Notes under the pieces: generated by a model
What the model saw: only the letters and a program-made list of their open reading frames with translations
Told to the model about the DNA's origin: nothing
Databases searched by the model: none
In this document: positions 36,307-53,830 of the stretch, one piece after another
How the letters are laid out: the number at the start of each line of letters is the position of its first letter
How positions within the stretch are numbered: position 1 is the first letter of the stretch
Assembly: GCF_009914755.1 (NCBI RefSeq)
Contig: NC_060925.1
Direction: 5' to 3' (one strand)
Origin: the human T2T-CHM13v2.0 reference genome, Homo sapiens
DNA length: 64,000 nucleotides
Translations under genes and position numbers: made by a program

Positions 36307-38207
36307 ATGATAGGATGGTCACATGATTTTTAAGCTGTCTTCCTACACTGAGAGTCTGATTCTGTGGGGTAAATTAAAAACTCCTCTTCCTGAAGTACTG
36401 CGGTATTTAATTTGAGAAGTTTCTATGCAGGAAGAGAGTTCTAAGTCTCTTCCTTTTAGTGTTTTTGTTTTGTTTTGTTTGTTTTGAGACAGATTCTCAT
36501 TCTATTGCCCAGGCTGGAGTGCAGTGGCAGTCCCGGAGCCCTGAACTCCTGGGATCAAATGATCCACCTCAACCTCTCAAAGTGTTGAGATTACAGGCGT
36601 AGCCACCATGCCCAGCCTCTTTCTCTTAGTGTTGACTGTGTTAACGTTGAGCCCCATGCTTGTTTAATGAGGCTCATAAGATGAATAGTGTTCAGTCATT
36701 TCCTGGCGTGTCATTGTTACTAGTTATTTACATCTGCACGTCAACAGTGTGTCAAGGCACAGTATGAGTTTCTGTCGACTAAATTGTAGGGAGAACTTGA
36801 GGACCTTCAAGAAGATTGAACTTTATTGTGAACAGGTAGAGTACCTGTTGTTGCAGAGTTATTTTCTGAGTCAGTTTCAGGTAAGGCTAAGAGTTTTATA
36901 AATGTGCTTCTTTATATCATGGTGTTTCTTACCAAGGGAAAGATCAAATCTTTGAGCAAAATTTAGAAAGGAAGAGAGTAGGTTTTATGGCTGTAGAATG
37001 CTGGGAGCCTGAGTAAAGTAAAAGATTAACTTGTGTATGGTGGTTTAGGGGAATTTAAAAGGAAAGATGGCAGTTTTTATATAAAGCAACTGACATACTG
37101 TCTCCATACGTGCTTCAAGTTGTTTTTGCAACAAGGGTGGTGATTTACGTAGAACCGTCAGTGGTTCAGAGCTGCTGTAACAAAGGTAACTCTAAAGCCA
37201 GTTAACCTCCATGGGGATCAGTCAGACCCATCATTGTTCCTGTCTTGACCTCTGTGCTCTAATAAACTTCCCTAAATACTACTTTAGCTGCTGTGTGTTA
37301 TATCTACATTAATAGCTAAATTAGCCTGAAGGCCTAATTAATATTCAGTGTAATTTAATACAGGAAACATGCCCTCTTCTCAACCTTTATAGTATGAAGA
37401 AATTTTAAATTACCTGGTCAGTGAACAAACTCCCTCTGTCAAATATAGTCATGATAGCCCTGGCACAATGTAGGGACTATGGGGAGTGTTAGAGGATCAA
37501 AGACAGAATTGGGGAAGGGGTATAGTTACTGGATGTTACTTGTTCTGTGAGAGATGTGTGGATTTTCTGTGAGAGAAAATAATAATGTTTTTTGTTTGTA
37601 TTTAAAACTAGATAGCTGTTTATTGGCACCCTTTTAGTTGGATAAGAGAAAATACATTGCTTGGTTTCTACAAGTGAGTCTTAGCAAATTTATTGTAGTT
37701 ATTTTAGGAAGAGTAATTGATAGTGCAGTAATCTTCAGTTTTTAAAAAGCCCTGATAAGGTTTAACTGGGCTTTAAAAGCATTATATGCTTAATGAGAAA
37801 TTCTAACTTAATATATGTATGTCTTGATACTGTTATGTAACCTTTCCAGTTTAGGGCCTTCAAGATTCACATGAATACAGGCTTTCCTTTATGTAGGAAT
37901 CATTCTCATGGGGGAAATTATATATCCTCTCAGGGAATAATTTTGTTTTTTAAGCATTTGAAATAATTGTTTGTAATATTCGTTAAAGAACACATCATTA
38001 GCAGAATTCTGAAGTCTTATAATAGCTTGAGATTTCTTAAATTGTTTTTATCCTTTTTGAGACAGTCTTGCTCTGTCGCCCAGGGTGGAGTGCAGTGGTA
38101 CGAGATCTCAGCTCACTGCAACCTCCACCTCCTGGGTTCAAGTGATTCTCCTGCCTCAGCCTCCCAAGTAGCTGAGATTACAGGCGTGTGCCACCACACC
38201 CAGCTAA

Positions 38208-38432
<225 letters not shown>

Positions 38433-41325
38433 TAGGACTTCCTGTTTTTCATCATCATTAGCCACGTGGAAAGGAAAGACAGTGTGTGCCTATGAAAATA
38501 CTGACAAATCAAGATGATTTTTCCTTTTAGATTAAGAAAAATTCTGAAACAGTAAATGGTAAATTTTGTCATATTTATTTACTTATTTTAGAGATGAGGT
38601 CTCACTATGTTGCCCAGATTAGCCTTGAACTCCTGGGCTCAAGTGATCCTCCTGCTGTAGCCTCCTGAGCTGGGGCTATAGGCATGTGCCACACTGTCTG
38701 GTTAGTCACCCTTCATTGACATTTGGGCATTTGATATTTAAATTGACAGTATCTAGGCAATTATAGAAATTAACATTATTTTGCAATTGGCATATGTATT
38801 AAATTTTCTTATGAGAATAATTGCCCTGTTTTTTTCTGGAGAGCCACTACCTGATTAAATAATCACATATTTTTTCTACCTTAGCTGCATTTTGAAAACT
38901 CAGTGAATTAGGTGACTGTGGTTTTCTAATTTGAATGAAGGTAAAGTAACCTTTAAAAATGGTTTTTGGCCAGTCACAGCCATGCCTGGGACTCACGCCT
39001 GTAGTCCTAGCTACTCTGGAGGCTGAGGTGGGAGGATCACCTAAGCACAGGAGGTCAAGGCTGCAGTGAAGCATGACTGCACCACTGTGCTCTGCACTCC
39101 AGCCTGGGTGACAGAGTAAGACCCTGTCTCAAAAATACATACATAAATGAATTAAATACTTTTTTATATTATAGATTTTGAAATAAGTTATTAAAAAATT
39201 TGGGAACTTTATAAGATCAAATGCTGCTGTCCTTGAGTATTTGATAGTATACTGCTTATATTTTGATTTTTTGTATGCATTGTCCTTGTTCATTATTTTT
39301 CTCTTCTGCAGCTTTTATTCCCAGTATACAACTAAATCTTAAAAATAATTTTTAGATGAACTGAAAAACATTGCCTAAGATTTTTCAATAAGGATTTTTG
39401 TGAAAATGTGTGTGGTTTGTTATTTAAATAGAGATGAGATCTCACTGTTTTGCCCAGGCTAGTCCTGAACTCCTGGGCTCAAGTGATCCTCCTGCCCTGA
39501 CTTCCCAAAATACTGGGATTATAGACGTGAGCCACCACTCCCAGCCAAATGTATGTTTTATTTATTGAATAATAAATAGTGGAGTTATTTATTTATGTGT
39601 GTGATATGTGGTTTTTTTAATTATTAATTTTTTAGAAAAATAGAAGCAGGGTTTCGCCATGTTGCCTAGGGTGGTCTTGAACTCCTGAGCTCGAGCAGAG
39701 TGCCTACTTCAGCCTCTCAAAGTGCTGGGATTACAGGTGTGAGTCACTGCACCAGGCCTGAGTTATTTGTTTTTACCTCATGAAACAACAACTAACATTT
39801 TAGATTTTTTTTTCCACTTGTGAAGCATGAAAAAGTTTACTTAAATTGGATCTTACAAGGATTCATGTAACCAACAGGATTTCCTCCCTCAGCGTCAACT
39901 CACATGAAAAGAGGGGTGGACGTTTGTGCAAATTATACTGGTTATGATATTGTGAAATGTAGTTTCCTGGAAAAGTCATTATTGATACCCATTTTTGGCA
40001 TCTTAATTCAAATTCAGCCATCAGGCTTTATTTTAAATGATTTACACAGCAATCTCTAGATTCTTCTTGCTACAAGTATTTTAAAAATTTTGTTGTGGAG
40101 TTCTTCGGCATGCCAGTTAGAGTTATACCTGTAGCATTGGATAAGCACTGTAAAGAGCCAAAATTAGAGGTAATACCCTTGCTCTTCCCTACTTTAATCA
40201 TGTAATATAGGTCTTGTGACTTGGAAGAAGATTGTCTTATTACCATTACATTTGAACTTTTGTTTTAAAATTAATCTGTTAGATCATATATTCACCAAAG
40301 CTCATCTTTTCACTAGCCAGAGAAAGCTGTATTTCAAAATAACCTAAAGTAAAATAGTATTTAATTCAAGAAGTTAGTTTTTATTATATCAGGTGGCCTC
40401 TTGGTTGGTTATAGTTTCGTGCATTCTGATGCCTGCGGGCTTTTTATCCTTCCTGTCTCCACTGCATAGCTGGGGAAAACCTAGGGATTGCCCGGTGAAT
40501 GCCAACAGAGCTTTAACCTATGTGTCCATGGCTTGCCTTCCCTGAAGCCTCAAAGAGAACAGCTGCGAGTGCAAAAACCTTATGAGCAAAATTTCTGCTC
40601 CAGGAACACTTATCTGGGCTGAGGAAACATATTCTAAGAATATCTGTTTTGTAACTAAAGCTTCCATGTACTTGTGTAACGCTTTGTGTAAAACCACGTA
40701 CTTTGTATAGCCTTTGCTGGAGAGTTTCCATTTTCCTCCAGCTCTTCAGTGTAAGTGAAAAAAATGTGCCCAGAATGTCTCTATAGATTATTCTGCCTTC
40801 CCTCACCTTTTAGTTTTTTCCATGGAAAGCTGACAGGTCAGAATAGGCATATTTTATTAGAAACTCGAAGTGGTGGGGGGTAGAAGTACACATCTTTGCC
40901 TCTTTTTTCCTTCTTGATTACAGAAGTAATAATGCTCCAAAGATGTTTTTTAATAAAACTGAGTCTCGCTCTGTTGCCCAGGCTGGAGTGCAGTGGCGTG
41001 ATCTCAGCTCACTGCAAGCTCCACTACTCCTGGGTTCACGCCATTCTCCCGCCTCAGCCTCCGGAGTGGCTGGGACTACAGGCACCCGCCACCGCGCCCG
41101 GCTAATTTTTTGTATTTTTATTAGAGACGGGATTTCACCGTGTTAGCCAGGATGGTCTCGATCTCCTTACCTTGTGATCCGCCCGCCTCGGCCTCCCAAA
41201 GTGTTGGGATTACAGGCGTGAGCCACCGCTCCCAGCCGCTCCAAAGATTTTTTAAAAAGATAAATAAATTTTAACTTGAGGAAAACATGGTTATTCAAAA
41301 ATTCGTGTTTTTTCTTTTTCTTTAA

Positions 41326-41475
<150 letters not shown>

Positions 41476-41850
41476 TAATTTTTTTTTTTTAACTTTTTGC
41501 AGAGATAGGGCCTCCCTGTGTTGCCCCAGCTGGTCTAGAACTCCTGGCCTCCTCCAGGAGCGATCCTCCAGCCTTGGCCTCCCAAAGCACAATACGTGTA
41601 TTTTTCAGAGGGAATTCTCAACTTTCATCAGATTTTTCAAGGAATATGTTACTCAAAAAAGGACAACAACCACAGCATCAGTTTGACTTGGTTGGTTATT
41701 GCATGTCCTTCCTAAATCTCTCTTATAAGCAGCTATGGTTTTATAAGGATTCCTATGTAAAAGCATCATTTTTAGTAGTATTTTATTTAAAACAAAAATA
41801 ATTTAATAGATTATGAAGGAAAGTCATAGTGAGTCAAAGAACAAATCTGA

Positions 41851-42117
<267 letters not shown>

Positions 42118-42144
42118 TGAACTCCTGACCTCCTGACCTTTTGT

Positions 42145-42660
42145 CAAGTGTTCAGACAAAAACGTGCACAAATGTTTATAACAGCATTATTCACAGGAGT
42201 CAAAAAGTAGAAACAGCCCAAATGTCCATCAACTGATGAATAGATAAATAAAAGGTGGTATATCTGTACAGTGGAAGATTCTTTGGCAATAAAAAGAAAT
42301 GAAGTATCAGTATATAGTACAACATGGATACCCCTTGAAAACATGCTGAGTGAAAGAAGCTAATTGCAATAGACCGCATATTGTATAATTCCATTTACGT
42401 GAAATGTCCAGAATATGTAAATCTATAGAGACAGAAAGTACATGAGTGGTTTGAGTGATTGCCTGGGGCTGTGGTGGGGGTGCAGGAGAATGGGAAATCA
42501 CTGCTAGTGGGTATGTAGGGCAGGGGGGATCTTTTCGGGGTGATAAGATGTTCTAGAATTGATTGTGTACAATTTGTGAATACTAAAAGCTATTGAATTG
42601 TGCATTTTAAGTGGGTGAATTGTATGGTATATGAATTATATGTCGATAAAGGTGTCATGA
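42145..42660 (+). mobile_element. Old L1M 3' fragment
   Basis: CAGCATTATTCACA..CCCAAATGTCCATCAACTGATGAA..GAAAACATGCTGAGTGAAAGAAGC..GGTGAATTGTATGGTAT. Confidence 0.75.
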
Positions 42661-42817
42661 AACTCAACTAGAAAAAATACAAGTTTATCATAGAAAATAT
42701 GTAAAATACAGAGAAGTGGAAGAGGAAAAAAGTAATTAGCATTTTTAAAAATTCCCTATTTTTATTTCAATGATAAAAAATAATATAAGCTTATTCAAGA
42801 ACAATACTGACACTTTA

Positions 42818-43175
<358 letters not shown>

Positions 43176-43277
43176 TCAAGGTTGTATTTCTGTTTATAAC
43201 TGGTGGGGGGGGGGGGAGTTAAATTAATTTTGCCTTTGGGACAACATCACATCATGTTTTAGAAACAAACATTTCTC

Positions 43278-43647
<370 letters not shown>

Positions 43648-43764
43648 TCACAGTGTATACCGTATTCCACTAGTGAACAAAACTTTAATTTTTACAGAGC
43701 AGCATCGTGTTCAGTGACTATTATTTTAACTTTATTGATTTTTTTTGCATGTCATAATTCGTAA

Positions 43765-44040
<276 letters not shown>

Positions 44041-45645
44041 TGATCCACCCCCCTCAGCCTTCCAAAGTGCTGGGGTTACAGGCGTGAGCCACCGCACCCA
44101 GCCACAAATTATATTTCTTAATTCTTTTTATCCTATTACCCCTTCCCTTGGCTACCACCCCCTACCCTCCACCCACATCCACAGTGCTTTAAGATAAAGG
44201 AGATTAATTTCGCCTGTAGGAATCCATGGGAACTTGGCCTTCAGACTTCAGGCAAGCACCAGAGTGGAAACATTTGGAAGTCTCATTCTAACATGTTTTT
44301 ACCTTAAAATTTTTTAAAAATTGGATTAGGTTTTTATGTTTTTAGAACCATCTTGCCCTCCCTTTTCTAGCTTTTGACGGGACATTGCCAAATTAATAGG
44401 CTGTTTTGAAGATTACTAAGATGGGCATCTTTCATTTCAGTAGGGAAAAGAACATGTGCTAAAGGAATTATTCAGGTGAAAATGCTTTTGTGATTAAAAA
44501 TGTTCTTCAGAACTGATACTTCTCATGAAGTAAATTTCAACAGTACAAGCAAACCCTGTTTTCCTGTTGTTATGACTTTGTTGTTCTCACCTGTCCTCCA
44601 TACCGCCCCACCACAGCGTCACTCCCTTTATAGCCTCTTCCTACTGGTACCTCCTTATTCTGGTTCTCTTTCTAGACCCTCTACTATCCTCTGTGTTTAT
44701 TTTGAACTGAACTTTGGATTAAAGTACTACCTTTTTGTAGCTGTTACTCAAAGTTTGTCTTCACTTGTGCTTGGAATTTGAGGTTACTCTACTGTTGTTC
44801 AGACTTTACCTTTAAAATTCCAGGAGCATCCTGTTAGTAAAACAATGAGTTTTAAAAATTTCGGTAAAGGTGGTCATAATTCTTACAGGAACCAGTTTTA
44901 TCCCATTTAGTTCACAGATTTTCATTTTGCCTTTTTAATGGGCATAGAATTCTCTTTCATGTTTTTCTGTAGCCGAGAAACCTAGTCAAGAATGTGAGGT
45001 GAACCTTTCAAGTAAAATTGTAGTTGAAGAAACAAAAGTGGAAAGGCTAGGTTAAAATAAATTTGACCCTGGCCTAATTCCATTTATCTCATACCCACTT
45101 TAGAAAAGAACTAAAACAGTCTGTGCATGGTGGCTCACACCTATCATTTCTTTGCGTTTTTACTAATTCATGCTTCTTTTTTGGACTTTGCTGACTCGTC
45201 CCTGTATTAATCTTTCACTGACAAAAATATCCTCTGTTCTCAAGTTTCCCTCTTCTGTTTCCTACCAGATAATACTTGTGGTTTTTTTGTTGTTAAGTAC
45301 ATTTTAAACATCATCTTTAGAGATATAACCATTTTTTTCTACATCTGTTTCCTTGGGTAAAAGGTAGTGAGAGACTTTAGTATTGTAGTTCAATTGAACA
45401 AACATTAATTAAACACCGTTCATATGCCTGGGCTATGTTTTGGTGAGGATTGTAAAAGAAGTAATGGGCACATTCTCCTGCTGCAAGCATTCAAGCACTT
45501 GAATTCCAGATGGGAAATAATATATATGCATGAAATAACTTGAGAAAAATTCTAAAACAATAAATAAGCAAATTCGAGACAGTGTCTACTAAATACCAAA
45601 TAAGTTACAGTGCTTTAAAATAAGCTCTAAAATTATCGTGCTCTA

Positions 45646-45976
<331 letters not shown>

Positions 45977-46877
45977 TCAAAAAAAAAAAAACTATTGCCT
46001 CAAATTATAATTGGCCTCTTCTAAGGCTAAATAGTATTATTACAATTTCTGTTCCTCCTTCTCCTCCTAACTTATCAAACTCTTCAACCCCAGCTCAAAT
46101 TCCATCTTGCTTATGGAATCTGCCCTACATACCACAAGCAGCACAGAATCTGGAGCCAGTCTGCCTAGGTTGAGTCCTAATTCTGAGAACTGTTTGACTT
46201 TGGATGAGTTGCTTTACCTATTAGTGCTTCAAATTGCTTGTCTGTAAAATGCTAGTGCTAATAATAACTACCTAATAGGACTGTTGTGAGGAATTGTTAC
46301 TATATGCATGGCAAAGCGTAAGCACTATATAAATGTGTCTTGTTATTCTCATACTCTGGTATTACGGTCACTTCTCACAATAGACTTAAACATAAACATT
46401 TCTATAAAGTGATTTATTTGAGCTTAAATATTTTTTGGAATTTTATATTTTGTATATTCTGCTCTATAATAGCTGTTTGTGTTAACATAAAATTAGCATC
46501 TCTCTTCCATCCTCACCTTTAGAAGTGAATTGATGTTACCAGAGAGTGTCCATTTATCATCCTGTGACTTTGCAGATCCCTGGTCAGCTTTTTCTCTTTC
46601 CTGTTTCTGTTAAGTATGTATTCATTCTGCCTTGTTGCCCATTAGGTTCTGCATGTGTGCTTTTCACTACCTTATTATAAGCTCTTCCTCCCAAGGAGCA
46701 ATGCTGTTTCAGTGATGACAACAAATGTGATTATTGAACTCTTAGTGCTATGCATCTTGCTATCACTAGAAAATTCATGATTCACAAATAGCCAGTAGCT
46801 GGGCTAGGTGGCTCACACCTGTAATCCCAACACTTTGGGAGGCCAAAACAGGAGGATCACTTGAGCCCAGGAGTTCA

Positions 46878-47096
<219 letters not shown>

Positions 47097-48045
47097 TCAG
47101 CAGAGTAAATAAAACAAAATTTCTAGCGGTTGACATCTGGAGACTATTTACAAGGATGTTCTTAATTTATCTTTATGGATGACTTTAGCAGTTTCCCATA
47201 AATTGTCTCATTTTATTCTTACAGCAAAGAAACAAAGGCTTATAGAGTTGAACTAATTTGACTAAGATTTCACAGCTGGCGAGTATCAGAAAACTGTATT
47301 TGCACTGAGAAGGGAATGACTCCAAAATTAGAGCTTCCTTTCTTACTGCTCTGTCTTATCTCTAGTCTTAGTTCTTGTTTTGAAAGGGAACTTCTGGTAC
47401 TTACGAATGACGGGGCTTATCTTCTTGAAAGTGGTAATAAACTGTACTAAATTTCTAAGGTTAAAAAATTAAGATGTAACATTACCAGTTTTCTCTTTTA
47501 TTGATGGTTTCCTTAGATTTTTTTTAAATAAATAATCTCTTGTACCTTTTTTTGAGAACTGTATGTAGATTTCATTCTGGACATATAAATATTAAGGGTT
47601 AGGTAGCATTTAAAGTATTTGTGGTCAGAAATTAAATGAATGCATGAAATACTGTACTCTTTTGAGTAAATTCTAAAAATAATCCCTAATCATTTCATTA
47701 CAGACAGTTGGACATTATTTTGCCATTTACCAATATACTTTTTTTTTTAATATACCTTAAAGACCAGAGAGAAAGGTAAGAACAGTTATGAAATTGCACT
47801 TCTCTGATTAGAAGACTTATTCAGTAGGACTGGAAGCAGAATTTTCAGACGTTTCTTTCTAAATGGATTCTATTAACTTCCACAGTACTTTGTTCATAGC
47901 AGACCTTCAAATATTTGGTTGGCTTCATGCAAAAAGGAGGTATCTCTTTACTCCCTTCTGTATTGCTGATGCTAATTGAATTATCTTTTAAAGATTCAGC
48001 ATATTTTACGGGGATTTAATTTTGAGAACATTGGTGTCTTTCTGA

Positions 48046-48518
<473 letters not shown>

Positions 48519-49609
48519 TAACAGCCACATTGGATGAAACTTCATCAGTGTCTCCATGCTGTATTTTTTCTACCCATACCAATCTTTTTTTTTGAGACGG
48601 AGTTTTGCTTTTGTTGCCCAGGCTGGAGTGCAATGGCGCAATCTTGGCTCACTGCAACCTGTCTCCCGGGTTCAAGCAATTCTCCTGCCTCAGCCTCCCG
48701 AGTAGCTGGAATTACAGGCATGCGCCTCCACGCCTGGCTGATTTTGTATTTTTAGTAGAGACAGGGTTTCTCCATGTTGGTCAGGCTGGTCCCGAACTCC
48801 TGAGCTCGGGTGATCCGCCCACCTTGGCCTCCCAAAGTGCTGGGATTCCAGGCGTGAGCCATCACACCCGGCCCATCCCAATCTTTTAGAAACGTAGTCT
48901 GGGTCCTTGTAAAGCACATGGTTGCTTAAAAACATTCCATTACAGCTGCAAACTCCTAATGTGTTCTAGAGGACATTGCATTTTACATTTTCCATTTCTT
49001 ATAAACTTTCACAAAAGCAATATAAGTAAATAGCTGATAAAGTGTTCTTTGTGGCTTTGAAGAAACGTTAGTAGCTTAGGAGATGCCCTTTACCAGCAGC
49101 CCATTAGTACTTGGTTTATATTATTTTTTATTCATATGTCTGAGCTGGATTCTGTAGGGAGAAATGAAAAATGTTTTATAGGCAAAATTTTATGAGATGT
49201 CTGCTAATATCATAGGCAAAAGTATTTTTGCAATATGTATTATATCTAATTAATTTAATGGTATCCAGTATAATATAATATCCTTTAACTGGGGTTTTTT
49301 TAAATAGAAGTGTCTTTTCATTACAGCTTAAAAGATGGTTGTAAACTTTCATATAAGTCAAGTACGCAGTTGTTAATAACCTTATATGTATGTACTCCTT
49401 ATATTTAGCAAGATGAAATTTTTCAGATCCATATGCTAAGAGTTATCAGATTTACTGGCCCTTCACACAAATCAAAAAACGAAGTTAAACACGACTTTGC
49501 TGTTGCTGTTTTTCTTTCCTCTGCCTTCTCCCACTGTATTCTATCTCTCACCATCTGTTACTGACAGTTATCAGCATAGAGTGACCTGTACCTGGAGGTG
49601 GGTTCATAA

Positions 49610-49813
<204 letters not shown>

Positions 49814-52800
49814 TGAGCCTGGCCGGGCTTACGTTTTGTATCCTTCTCCCCTTTACCCCCTAGTAATTGGTTCATGGCCCACTAGGGGAAGAAAAGATGG
49901 TCTTTCACAACAGATAGTCTGAAAAGCGCTGGTCTCAATTCCTGTACTGGGCTCTGGCCCCGCCTCCGTTTATCAGGCTCGTCACTACTTTACTTCAGCA
50001 CTCTTATTCCAAAGTCTAACTATTCGCTGTTCATTCTGTACTTCCTCACCTTTTTATTTGGTCCTGTTTATTTCTTCTCTTGAGATTACCTCTCCATGCA
50101 CCTCAGGTATGAGTAGAATGGAGGGAACACACCATCTCAGAGCTGGGTTACAATGTCCTCTTGTCCAGTGTTATCTGCTGTATCAACATTTCCTCCAGAC
50201 CGTGGCTGAAGATGAACAAGGCAGCTCAGCAGATTGAAGGTGCCTGGGGCCAGCACTCATTCGCCCTGTCTGAGAAACGCAGGGACCTCCCTGACCCTGT
50301 TGTCCGCCCGTTAGCGTGATGAGCAGCTGTGGATTTCATCTGTGTTTCTTGGGCAGGGGGGCCTGTAGGTATAGAAATGGATACTACCAATTGGATTGGC
50401 TGATTTAATACCTCATGAATATCAGTACCTTCATGAGTATTTTGTGTCTCCTCTGGTCTTGTGAATATTTGGTGGTTATGAGTGCTTTCATTCCTTCCTG
50501 TGTTTACCATACAGATGCCCTGTTTACTTTCTCTGTGTCTAACTTCTCACGCTGTTTGCTCTGCACTTATTTTCATCTCTTTTATTTGTATCTTTGATTT
50601 TCTGTAATGGAATTGGATATTCTCAAATATTCACGCATTACACCTTTCCACAGTAAAAGTAACCTTCATTCCTCTGACTCTCAAAGAAATTGCCTGTCAT
50701 TGATCACATTCTTCTTTGTAGCAAAGTTTTTTTGAGAGAAGAGGAATGTTAGGGCAGGGTTTATAGACATAGCGTATAATTCATTACCTGCTAGAGTATC
50801 AGCTCTTGTATTTTTATTAGCTACTTTTAGAATATATAGTCCTCAGGGCATGTTGTGTCTCATCTGTCTCTCTCTTGCCTCATTGTATTTAGTATGTGGA
50901 TCTTGTTTGTTGTAGACACTCAAAATTGATTACCCTGAAGGCTGGTGAAGTTTAGTTAAAGCTCTGAGGTCAGAGTTCAGTCTCATGTGGAGACTTATTT
51001 GCTTTGTTTCATGTCCTCATAGTAACCTTGAATGCTGGCCAAGTGGCTTTTGGTTACAAAGAGCACTGGGTAAGACAAAGAATTAGCACTTGTATTGCAT
51101 AAGCAGTTTAAAACCAGTGTTCCTCTGAATGTGGGGCAGGAGCATCGTGTTCCCATTCAAAGGGCAACATTATATCATAATTTTTCAAGATAAGAAAAAG
51201 TAGACAATGAGGATGGCAGAAGAAAATATATGTGAATTTGCCTGTAACTGTACTTTTTTTTTCTTTTTAAGAGGCAAGGTCTTGCTGTGTTTCCCATGCT
51301 GGAGTGAAGGGATGGTCATAGCTCACTGCTGCCTTGAACTGCTGGGCTCAAGCAGTCCTCCTGCCGCAGCTTCCTGAGTAGCTAGAACCACAGGCACACG
51401 CCACCAAGCTCACCTAATATTTTAGAGTGTCTGTAGAGATGGGGTCTCGCTTCAAGACCCAGGCTGGTCTTAAATCCCTGGTCTCAAGCGATCCTCGCAG
51501 AGTGCTGAGCCACCATGCCCAGCCACATATGTTGGCTTTCTTGTATAGGTATAAGAATTCAGTGATGTATCTATGTTAGAAGAATCCGAAATCGCTAAGA
51601 AATATGAAATTTCAAATTCACTTATATAAGTCAACATTTTAAGAATTAATTTTCTTTAAGTGAAGTAAACCAGGGGCAAGAGTTTCAAAAAATGCATTCA
51701 GATGTCCACATAAAGTGGGAAGAATGGCGGTGCAGTCAAGAATAAAGAGGGAGCACAAATGAAAATTGGTGTCGAGATAGACTGAAGAAACCTGGTCTTT
51801 CCATTATGATGAAAAAAATTCCAGCGTAGGTATCAGTCTTATTGATACTTTGTACTCAAGTAGAAGATTAAGGTACAGGATTCTTTTAGCCAGATTGTGG
51901 ATGATCTGCATGATGAGATTGATTTGAAGACAGTGTATGAAACCAAGTCGAATGGAGACGGAGTGTGTAGTGGAACTCATCTCAGTAGACCGTCCCGGCA
52001 GCCCTGCAGTCCTCCACAGCTGCCAGGACAGTTACTGTTCAGTTTCCCACACTGGCTATTTTAAACCTTCTATATGCTCCCCAACTCCTTGCTCCCAACA
52101 TACCACTCCCTCCCTGCCTCCGGTATATGGATCTCCTATGAGTCTGTTTCTGCTGTTTTTTTCCCCCAGTTTTCTTTTTTAAATCAAGACGTGATCTCTT
52201 GTATGCCTGGTTGTTTTGGATTATATACTGAATATTACATATGAAAAGTTGTGGAAATAGTTTCAGCCTTTGCTGGATTTATCTTGCAGAGAGGATTGAC
52301 TTTAGTTTCTGGCAGGCAACAGGTTAGAACAGACCACCTTAATTCAACCAGAGATTAGATGATTGATTCTGCTGGGCCTTAGTCCCTGTGAGCACTGATC
52401 TATTTCAGGCTTGCCTTTTCTTCTGGGGAGTATCACTTTTAGGTCCCACCGCAAGGCCTGTGGTCCCCTCTTCTTGGAAGACCTTGAACTCTGGTTTTTC
52501 GTCCAGCTCTGTGAGCCTGCTCAACACTCTGCTCAGCTTTTCCGGCTTCCAAACTGAAGCTTTCTGCCAGCTTTTCTAGTGATCAGCAGGAGGGGTTTGT
52601 CTGAAATGAGCCAGTCTGCCCTTGCCAGAAGTACAAGCTTTCTTATGTTTGTTTTTGCACATGTTTAAAATGACAGAGCCAGGTGCTGGCTCACATCTGT
52701 AATCCCAGCACTTTGGGAGGCCGAGGCGGGCAAATCACTTGAGGTCAGGAGTTCGAGATCAGCCTGTCCAACATGGCGAAACCCTGCATGTACTAAAAAT

Positions 52801-52971
52801 ACAAAAATTAGCCAGGCGTAGTGGTGCATGCCTGTAATCCCAGCTACTCAGGTGGCTGAGGCGGCAGAATCACTTGAATCGGGAGGCAGAGGTTGCAGTG
52901 AGCCAAGATCACACCACTGCCTTCCAGCCTGGGCAACAGAGACTCTGTCTCAAAAAAAAAAAAAAAAAAAA

Positions 52972-52975
<4 letters not shown>

Positions 52976-53017
<42 letters not shown>
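52976..53017 (+). repeat. (AC)21 microsatellite after an Alu tail
   Basis: Direct reading. Confidence 0.95.
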
Positions 53018-53019
<2 letters not shown>

Positions 53020-53089
53020 TATATGTATACAGCATAAGTGCATATGATTTATGAACAGATATACCTACAGTGGGTATACTCAACGATCA

Positions 53090-53830
<741 letters not shown>

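Noticed and set aside
40440-40810. Non-repetitive-looking stretch with a 97-aa minus-strand ORF (possible processed pseudogene)
   Set aside because: No recognisable protein, poly(A) tail or TSD; a BLAST search would be needed.
51885-52065. Open frame QIVDDLHDEIDLKTVYETK... after a TTCTTTTAG acceptor-like site
   Set aside because: No recognisable homology or matching donor; may be decayed repeat or chance.
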